Shown here: in pieces, positions 53,757 to 64,000 of the stretch
Position numbering within the stretch: position 1 is the stretch's first letter
How the letters are laid out: each line of letters begins with the position of its first letter
DNA from: the human T2T-CHM13v2.0 reference genome, Homo sapiens
Length of the DNA stretch: 64,000 bases
Reading direction: 5' to 3' (one strand)
Assembly (NCBI RefSeq): GCF_009914755.1
Contig: NC_060925.1
Made by a program: the position numbers and the translations under genes
The notes under the pieces: model-generated
What the model was told of the DNA's origin: nothing
Databases searched by the model: none
What the model saw: the letters and a program-made list of their open reading frames with translations, nothing else

Positions 53757-54578
53757 GTATTGTATCAAATGAGTGAAACAGAATATCAAAAAATAATTAG
53801 TAACTTTTAAAGTCAATTAATACTTAAACCAGAGTCTTTCAGATTATCAAAGAAATTTTTGGCCATAGTGGGTAAAGTACTGGTTAAAAACTTTTATTTT
53901 TTTGGAGCTAGAAAGACTTTGGTTAAAATTCAAATATTTAATATACTTAGCTAATCTTAGTTTCTTTCTTCTCTTCTCAACGAATGGGATAATAATAATC
54001 ACCTTATAGGATTTGGTATATGATGACTATGAAAATAATTTCAATAATATTGCTTATAATTATGTGTAAAATATACACATATATATTCATATATATACAC
54101 ACACACACATATATATTAAAAACTTACCACAGTACTTAACATCCAGAATGTGAACACAGCCAACATTCAGTTTTCTTATGAAATTAAATCCAAATTTTCT
54201 TTTGGAGGATGAATCATTTTACTTCATACGATCTGTTGAGATTATAGTTGACTACAGTTAGGAATTATATCAGTTAAGACTGGCTAAAATGCTATAAAAA
54301 ACATGAAAATATCATTAGCTCCCATTCAGTAAAAGTGCATCTATTAATTACATATAAATCAAGGGTAAACATTGCAAGATGGTGGGAATTTTGCCTCCAT
54401 AGTGATTTGGAGATCCACACTTTTTTCTCATTTTCTGACTGTATCAACCTCTAGGGCTTGTTGAATATCTATATTTAGCAAACTGAAGGATTAATAGAAC
54501 ATGGAGGAATTATGTCTACTTCCAAACAGATGAGCTTTCTGAGTATAGTTCAATACTTGTCATATTGTCACACCTGAC

Positions 54579-56005
54579 GGAGAGGTGACAACGTGCTAGC
54601 AGCTTTTGCTCGCTCTCAGCACCTCCGTGTCCACTCTGGCTGTGCTTGAGGAGCGCTTCAGCCCACCCCTGCATCGTGGGATCCCCTGTCTGGGCTGGCC
54701 GAGGCCGGAGCCGGCTCCCTCTGCTTGCAGGGAGGTGTGGAGGGAGAGACCAGGGCGGGAACCTGGGCTCCGCACGCGGAACTGGCCGGCCAGCGCACGT
54801 TCAGGGTGGGCACAGGCTTGGCAGGCCCTGCACTTGGAGCAGCCAGCCAGTGCCGCCAGCCCCAGGCAGTGAGTGGCTTAGCACCTGGGCCAGCAGCTGC
54901 GGAGGGGGCACCGGGTCCCCCAGCACTGCCGGCCCACCCATGCAGCACTCGAATTCTCGGCCGGGCCTCACCCACCTCCCCGTGGGGCAGGGCTCGGGAC
55001 CTGCAGCCCGCCATGCCAGAGCCCTCCCACCCCGTGGTGGGCTCCCGCGCAGCCCGAGCCTCCTGGATGAGCAACACCCCCCCTGCTCTGTAGCACCAGG
55101 TCCCATCCACTGCCTGAGGAGTGCAGGTGTGTGTGGCGTGGGGACTGGCGGGCAGCTCTGCCCTGCCACCCTGGTGTGGGATCCACTAGGGGAAGCCAGC
55201 TGGGCTTCTGAGTTGGGTGGGGACTTGAAGAACTTTTATGTCTAGCTGGAGGATTGTATATGCACCAGTCAGCACTGTGTCTAGCTCAAGGATTGTATAT
55301 GCACCAATCAGCACTCTGTATCTAGCTAATCTGGTGGGGACTTGGAGAACCTTTAGGTCTAGCTAGAGGATTGTAAATACACCAATCAGCACTCTGTCTA
55401 GCTCAGGGATTATAAACGCACCAATCGGCACCCTGTCAAAACAGACCAATCAGCTCTCTGTAAAATGGACCAATCAGCTCTCTGTAAAATGGACCAATCA
55501 GCTCTCTGTAAAATGAGCCAATCAGCAGAATGTGGGCAGGGTCAAATAAGGGAATAAAAGCAGGCTGCCTGAGCCAGCAGCGGCAACCTGCTCCCGTCCC
55601 CTTTCACACTGTGGAAAGTTTGTTCTTTCACTCTTCGTAATAAATCTTGTTGCTGCTCACTCTTTGGGTTTGCACTGCCTTTATGAGCTGTAACACTCAC
55701 TGTGAAGGTTTGTAGCTTCACTCCTGAGGCCAGCGAGACCACAAACCAAACCCATCAGAAGGGTTGAACAACTCCAGATGTGCCGCCTTTGAGAACTGTA
55801 ATACTCACTGTGAATGTCTGCAGCTTCACTCCTGAAGTGAGAGAGACCACGAACCCACCAGAAGGGAGAAATTCTGGACACATCTGAACATCTGAAGGAA
55901 CAAACTCCAGACACATAGTCTTTAAGAACTGTAACAGTCACCATGAGGGTCTGTGGCTTCATTCTTGAAGTCAGTAAGACCAAGAACCCACCAATTCTGT
56001 ACACG
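54579..56005 (+). mobile_element. ERV9 solo LTR (LTR12C/D/E-type)
   Basis: GAGAGGTGACAACGTGCTAGCAG start, GC-rich U3, CCAATCAGC repeats, CCAATTCTGTACAC end; 4-bp TSD TGAC/TGAT. Confidence 0.93.
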
Positions 56006-56317
56006 TGATACCAAAGAGAATCTGAAAAATAGACGTCTCAGCTAGTTTCTCACCTAAAGTTTTATGTACTATGGAAATGGAAGACAAATGTAATAATTAG
56101 TTATGCTAGCTAAAGACATTGAGCATCTACTGGGTCAGATATCAGCACTTGACCCAGTGTTGATGAAGTGGATACTAATTTATTTTTAATTTTATGTTTA
56201 TTGGAGTTATTTTCTTAGTGGTTAATCTTGGGATTACAGCTTGCATCTCAAATTAGCCACATCTATCTCAGATTTCTACCAACTTAAATGTAGTGATACA
56301 TATACAATTTGTTTCAC

Positions 56318-57341
56318 TATACGGTCATTTTTATTCACTGTGTGTTATTCTGTATTCATGCTGCTGATAAAGACATACAAGACTGGGGAATTTACAAAAG
56401 AAAGGTTTAATGGCCTCACAGTTCCATGTGGCTGGGGAGGCCTCACGATCATGGCAGAAGGTGAAAGACATGTCTCACATGGTGGCAGACAAGAAAAGAG
56501 AGTGAGAGCCAAGAGAAAGGGGTTTCCTCTTATAAAACTATCAGATCTTGTGAGACATATGGACTACCATGAGAGCAGTATGGGAGAAAAGGCTCCCATT
56601 AATTCAATTATCTTCCACTGGGTTCCTCCCACAACATGAGGGAATTATGGGAAGTTACAATCCAAGATGAGATTTGGGTGGGGACACAGCCAAACTATAT
56701 CACACTGTTTTACTTTTCATGGTTTCAATTAGCTGTGGTCAACCACAGACTGAAAGCATTAAATGAAAAATACCAGAAACAAAAAATTTATAAATTTTAA
56801 AATGTGTCATTCTGAGTAGTGCGATGAAACCTCATGCCATTCTACTGCATCCTGCCCAAGACATGAGTCATCTGTTGGTTCAGCATATCCATGCTGTATA
56901 TGCTACCTGCCCTTTTGTCACTTAGTAGCCATCTCATTTATCAGATTGGCTTTCATGATATTACAGTGCTTGTGCAAAAGTAACCCTTATTTTACTTAAT
57001 AATGGCCCCAAACACAATAGTATTGGTGATGACAATCTGAATATGCCAAAATGAAGCCATAAAATACTTTCTTTACATTAAAAGATAAAGGATCAAAACT
57101 TAATAAGAAAAGAAAAAAAATCATATACTTTGGCTGCTAAGATCTAGGGTAAGAGCAAAACTTTTATCCTTCAAATTGTGAAGAAGGAAAAGGAAATTTA
57201 TACTAGTTTTGCTGTCATACCTCAAACTTTATTATTATGCATAGGAAAAACATTGTGTATATAGGTATCGTTACTATGTGCTGGTTTCAGGCATTCATTG
57301 GGGAATCTTGGAATATATCCCATGCAGAAAAGGGGGTACTA
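56318..57341 (+). mobile_element. MER44 (Tigger7-derived) DNA transposon, interrupted by THE1
   Basis: GTGGTCAACCACAG...AATGGCCCCAAA...AAGGGGGTACTA terminal. Confidence 0.75.
56341..56702 (-). mobile_element. THE1B/C-type MaLR solo LTR
   Basis: GCTGCTGATAAAGACATAC...GATTTGGGTGGGGACACAGCCAAACTATATCA; 5-bp TSD CACTG at 56336-56340 / 56703-56707. Confidence 0.9.
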
Positions 57342-57344
57342 TTT

Positions 57345-59288
57345 TAGTTTTCTTCACTACCCCTCTTTGTGCTATTATTGTCAAATGTATTATATCTGTA
57401 TATCTTACAAACACCACAATGCAGTGTTATAATCATTGCTATATATAAAGTTAGGTCACTAAAGAAAGGACAAAAATACGTTTATAGTGTTTTTGATCAA
57501 ACTTATCACTCTTGATAGTCTTCCGGTGGAGTAGAGTTAATAACTCAATGTCACTTTCTTACTCCACTGTAATCTTCTTTCCCTCACTACTTTGGGCTGT
57601 TTTTGTCAAATATGTTATATGTTTATATGCTATAGTACCAGTATTTCAATTTTATAGATATTATTTATAGTATTATTTTAAATCAATCAAGAAAAGAAAA
57701 GAAATATGTAAGTGTCTTTTATAATTACTAGGTTGTTATCTTTACTAGCACTTTTTTATGTCAATTAGAATTACTGTCTGATATTACTTTATTTTAGCAT
57801 GGATAAATTTCTTTAGTATTTCTTATAAGGTACATCTGCCAGCAACAAATCCTTTCAGTCTTGGTTTTCAATGTTTTATTATGCCTTCATTTTAAATAGC
57901 TGTGCTGCATATAGGACTCTTGGTTGACAGCTCTTTTCTTTAAGCACCTTGAGTAAGTCACCTCACTGCTTTCTGGACTCTACTGTTTCTTAGGAGAAAT
58001 CAGCTGTTTATCTTATTTGTGTTTGCTGGTATACGGTAAGTTATTTTTCTCTTGCCGCTTTAAAAATTTTTTCTTTGTCATTAGCTTTCAACATTTTGAC
58101 TATATCTAGATATATATTTTAAAAGTTTACTAGGAATTTGTTGAGCTTCATGTACATGTAGATTAATGGTTTTCATTATATCTGGGAAGTTTTCAGGCAT
58201 TATATCTTTGTGTATTGTATGCCCTTTTCTCTTTTTTCCTTTACATTCCACTGGGCATATGTTTGTGCACTTAATAGTATCCTACAGATCTCTGAGGCTT
58301 TGTTCATTTTCCTGAATTTTTTTTCCCTGTTCTTCAGATTCCATACTCTCTAATAATCTATCTTCAAGTTTGCTGATTCATTCTTCTGCCAGCTCAAAGC
58401 TACTGCTAAATCCCTTTAGGTATTTTTTATTTTTCATTATGGTACTTTTCCACTCCAAAATATGTATTTTTTTAAATATCTACCTCTTTATTTATAATCT
58501 ATTTGATGTCATTCTCATCAATTTTCTTTAGTTTGTTGAACATATTTATAATAGTCCTGTTGAAGTCTTTGCTAATTCTAACATCTGGGTACCCTCAAAA
58601 ACAGTTTATATTCCTTGCTTTTTAAAATCCTCTTTGAGTAAGGTACACATTACCTTATTTCTTTGACTTTCATAATTTTTTTGGTCAAAAATTGGACATT
58701 TTAGAGAGTATAAGTTAGCAACCATTCCACCACTACCCACCAGGGGTTGATGTTGGTGTTTAGTGTTATTTGCTTAATGACTTGGCTAAATTAATTAATG
58801 AAATCTATTTCCCTTGTAATGTGAAGTCTCAGATGACACATTTTCCCCCCCTCACTTTTAAATTTTAAGCTTGCTTGTCTAGCAGTCTCCTCTGGGTTAA
58901 CATATTTTACTGTTCATCTAGTGGCTAGTCAAAAGTTATCCTTATGTGTTACTTCTTGTTACAGCTATATTCATGGAACTATTAGCCTTCTACTCTTAAT
59001 TCTCTATTCTTCTATTATTAATTGCTCACTACTAGAACTATACTTTTTGAGAAAACCTTAAGGCATGTGATTTCCATCCTCTTTTCCAAATGAAGTCACC
59101 CCCTTCAACAGATTAACACACCTACCTGTCTTTGTTTTGCCTCTCACCTAGGCAGAACCTCTGTTGTATCCCACTGGAGGAAGGGGTGGCAGCCTGTTTC
59201 TCTGGAATTACATCTCTGTCCTATAACCAGAAGCTGAGGAGAAATGAGGAGGAAAAGCCCTGAATTTTCACCTCTCTCATCATAGAAC
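57345..59288 (-). mobile_element. Old L1M (L1MC/MD) ORF1-region fragment
   Basis: GAGAAATCAGCTGTTTATCTTATT...TCTTCAAGTTTGCTGATTCATTCTTCTGCC, antisense L1 ORF1 pattern. Confidence 0.65.
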
Positions 59289-60148
<860 letters not shown>

Positions 60149-60972
60149 GAACCACTGCCAGACAAGTAGGAGCTGGGGAGTATGGGCAATTGAGATCCCA
60201 GTGTTCTTGAGAACACCCTGCCTGGGTAAAGATTCTTCCCTGTGAATGGAAGCAAGGTGGGAGAAGAGAATTAGTTTCCTTAAACACACCAATCCAGAAT
60301 AGAGCTTCCAGAACATGTAGCTAGGATGGGGGTAAAAATGGGAAAATGCAGCAGTGTGTCCCTCCTAGGCAGCATCATCACACAACTGTGAACTGAAAGG
60401 AAAGATAGCCTCCATCGTCTTGGATGCACACCTTTGGAGTAAAGTTTTTGAAACATGTAACTGGAGGGTGGTGGGTGGTAATATCAGATTCTTATTCAAA
60501 TGCCTTAGACTCCCATTGTTCTTGTGAATATTCAGAATATATTCTTGAGTAAGTGGTTCTTAGTTTGCTTTGTGCACTTAGGTCAATTTCCAGAGAATTC
60601 AAATTGTTCTGTTTTACAAATTTCAATAGTTTCATGATTGTTTTCCTGAAGAGTGGATTTACCAAACTCTTCACACTGCCATTCCAGGCTGAATTTTTTC
60701 TTCATTAAATTTGAATATTGAACAGCAAGACAAGGACTCTATATTAACATTTGAAAAAACATTCTTCCTACTGGTGATGTCATGATCTGACTGTTCCATC
60801 TACCCAGCTTCCAAAGCCACTTCATTATGATCCCTTGCCAGGTATGATTCTCCAGCCATCAGTTAGATTTGTCCATTCATTTATTTGTTCAATAAATACT
60901 TATTGGGTTCCTATTATGCCTTAGACACAGTTGTGGAAACACAGGGTCAAGCACGAAGACATAAAAATCCTT

Positions 60973-61142
60973 GGCCAGGCGCGGTGGCTCATGCCTGTAA
61001 TCCCAGCACTTTGGGAGCCTGAGGCAGGCGGATCACGAGGTCAGGAGTTCAAAACCATCCTGGCTAACATGGTGAAACCCCGTCTCTACTAAAAATACAA
61101 AAAAAAAAAAAAAAAAAAGAAAAAAATTAGCCAAGCATGGTG
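60973..61142 (+). mobile_element. 3'-truncated AluS/Y (left arm plus expanded middle A-tract)
   Basis: Alu sequence stops abruptly after TTAGCCAAGCATGGTG. Confidence 0.9.
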
Positions 61143-61579
61143 TAGTGATGGATGCTTTATTAAATAAATCAAATTATGTGAATCTTAGTGTCCTTTACAA
61201 AGTTTTTTGTTTTGTTGCTGAAATTAGACTGAGTCAGTCTCTGTGACTGACTTTAACTATGCCTGATATAGTAGCCATTCATGAAATTATAGTTTTTATT
61301 ATTGTTATTCTACCATTTTAAGAAAGGATTAAGAATAGAAGGAATACATTAAAATGAGAATCTGTATTTTGTATTTTTTTGATTCCGTTTAAACATGGAG
61401 ATGTCTATATTCATTATTTTTGCCAGTTAATATTAATTGCAGATATATCAAAATCTTTTTAATGCCACAATTAAGTATCTCAGGAAATATAACAATTTAG
61501 TAATTTTTTTCAAATTTTTGTCTCAAATATTACCTTCTAAGTGATATTCTCCATTAAATCACTATTTAATCTTTACCTC

Positions 61580-61672
61580 TCCAACCACTAATCTGTGTTC
61601 ATGTTTTGTTTTGCTTTGTTTTAGTGTTTCCAACCACTAATATGTGTTCATGTTTTGTTTTGCTTTGTTTTT
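61580..61672. repeat. 49-bp tandem duplication
   Basis: TCCAACCACTAAT(C/A)TGTGTTCATGTTTTGTTTTGCTTTGTTTT x2. Confidence 0.9.
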
Positions 61673-61754
61673 AAACCTTTACATATTGTCCATTTTGTCA
61701 CATTATCACCTTCTGACATACTAAATATTCCATTTATCAGTGTCACTGTATGTA

Positions 61755-62080
61755 TGCCAGAGGCTGGGAGTGGAGTGGGGAGGGAGGGAATGAGAGGTTG
61801 TTGATCAAAGAGTACAGAATTTCTGATAGACAGGAGGCATAAGTGTTGAGATATGTTGCACAGCAGGGTGACTATAGTCAATAATAATGTATTGTACATT
61901 CCAAAATAACTAAGAGAGCATATTTGAAATGTCTCAACATAAAAATCATATGTAAGCAAAATGATGGCTATGTTAATCAGTTAGACTTAGTCCACATTTC
62001 ATACATAGATCAAAATATTACCTTGTACCCCATAAATGTATACAATTTATGATTTGTCATAATAATACTAATAAAAAGAA
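61755..62080 (+). mobile_element. L1MA-type 3' end
   Basis: CCAGAGGCTGGGAG...GCACAGCAGGGTGACTATAGTCAATAATAATG...TACCCCATAAATGTATACAA. Confidence 0.8.
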
Positions 62081-62378
62081 ATCATGACAGTAATAATAGT
62101 TCAATTTAACATATTTAATGAGAACGGAAGACATGCTTTTAATTTAATATTGCAATTAACTATAAAGAAGACTGAATTTCTAATTAGTCTACTAGACCTA
62201 ATATATTTAAGAGTATTAAAATATTACTGTAGGAAAAAATATCTTAATTCTTCTTCATTTTATAATATAATTTTATGTAAAATCTAGGTATCATGCCATC
62301 ACACATGAGGTAAGCAAAGTTAATAATAATGTATGACCCTCAGTTCCCATTGCTCTTCAGTCATCAGAAATGCTGTAA

Positions 62379-62719
<341 letters not shown>

Positions 62720-63250
62720 TCACAAGAAACAGTAGTGAAAGCTGTGAATATACTGCTTAAATAATTTTGAGAAATCAGAAACTTATAAAGCCCATCTTAA
62801 ATTCAGTTCTTTAGGGGCTTGGCCGCAATTCTTCAAAATGTTGTAAAAATAAAATACTCTCATATATGCTGAAAGCTTTCTAAGCCATAAATATCTGCAC
62901 AAATGTTTAACTTCATTAGAAATAATTAGAATACAATATATGTGTAATATAATTAGATAATAAATGTAATCTACACATATAATTACACAGAATAAAATTA
63001 TATGTGTTATATAATTAGATAATAAATATAAATATATGTACAGTATTGCATAACATTATTTTATGTAAAATATGACTCATATTCAGCAAATTAAGATAGA
63101 TATGAACTTATATAACCTTATGATTAAATACATTTACTCAGCAATGTTGATCAGAAAAATAATAATTTTTATTGCAAAGTCAAAATTTATCTGGGTTACT
63201 TGGAAGAGATAAATTTCTAAAGTCAGTGATTCAGAGATGTGTCTCCACAG

Positions 63251-63430
63251 GTCAAAAAGTCATTATGGAGCTGCAACCAACATACAAAGGGAAATACTGC
63301 AGAAATTTTCATTCTTATTGCCCCTAAGGAGGGTACTTAGAACAAGGGATGGAATGTAGCTGTATGAAGGGTAGAGCAAACTGTGTGTGCTATGGGAAAT
63401 ACATTTCTTCTTGAAGTTAATGATATTATC
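63251..63430 (+). pseudogene. Relic exon (AAA4 start)
   Basis: TCTCCACAG acceptor; LLPLRRVLRTRDGM*LYEG vs LVKISRVIRTPQGNALLVG (recalled). Confidence 0.5.
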
Positions 63431-63503
63431 ATGAGAAAACCACAGGGAAACAAAATAAAGTGGGGACCTCACTTGGGTTACTTTACCATATTCTATTTTC
63501 AAG

Positions 63504-63690
63504 GAAAATCTATAAAGACATATGGAAAGACAAAGAAGAGATTATTGAGATAAATAATAACGCCTGTGTCAGAGCTCTGAGTACCACAGATTTTTTTTTT
63601 CATTCTGCCACATAAGTGTAGAAAAATACATCCTACACCAGATTTGCCTATCTGATCCTGTTTCTGACCTCACTAACTGTTATGGAAACT
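63504..63690 (+). pseudogene. Relic exon (AAA4 Walker B region)
   Basis: TATTTTCAAG acceptor; IYKDIWKD..NACVRALSTTDFFF..FAYLILFLTSLTV vs Y....EDLK....AG....TFIFTD.....FLEYMNNVLSSGEV. Confidence 0.4.
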
Positions 63691-63893
63691 AAGGAAACCA
63701 GAATAGGAAAGGTGGATGCTCACTTTCACTGTGCTTTGTAAATGCCTACAATCTCAGCAATAGTGACAACCTGCTGTTTGGACTCTTCTGCCCTCCACTG
63801 TTGTACCCTAAAAATTCCAGTTTCTCCAGCTGTAGTGTACAGTGGTAGACTACAGGAAATCTACATTTTAAATTTTGATCTCATTTTAAGCTT

Positions 63894-64000
63894 TGTGAAA
63901 GGAAAATAAATCTTGGGGCCCCAAAATCACTCAGCTAAAGGGAAAAGTCAAGCTGGGAACTGCTTGGGCAAACCTGCCTAATAATCTATTCAAAGTCATC
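63894..64000 (+). mobile_element. MER4-group ERV1 LTR 5' end (runs off the window)
   Basis: TGTGAAAGGAAAATAAATCTTGGGGCCCCAAAATCACT..GCTAAAGGGAAAAGTCAAGCTGGGAACTG. Confidence 0.75.

Noticed and set aside
54606-55245. Several overlapping 88-199-aa ORFs / apparent CpG-island gene
   Set aside because: GC-rich U3 of LTR12; few stops are expected from composition.

Overview
AT-rich, repeat-dense primate genomic DNA (most likely human or great ape: near-consensus AluY, LTR5B, LTR12, MER41, THE1). No intact protein-coding gene is evident, and nearly all ORFs in the track derive from repeats. Clear features are an FTL processed pseudogene (- strand) that keeps an intact iron-responsive element, a MER50-type ERV1 provirus with a nested HERV-K LTR5 solo LTR and an Alu, a long rearranged L1MA, several solo LTRs and about a dozen Alus. 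There are two stand-out observations. (1) A chain of roughly 20 short exon-like blocks on the + strand, many with recognisable splice sites, runs from ~3 kb to ~63.7 kb. Their stop- and frameshift-riddled translations resemble, in collinear order, the late AAA1 through AAA4 motor region of axonemal dynein heavy chains (DNAH5/DNAH8-like). This suggests a heavily decayed unprocessed, possibly unitary, dynein heavy-chain pseudogene. The assignment rests on by-eye comparison with DNAH5 motifs recalled from memory and needs a tBLASTn/HMM test. (2) A perfect 3 x 248-bp tandem triplication (9230-9978) with TCAAA junction microhomology copies one of these candidate exons together with its splice sites.
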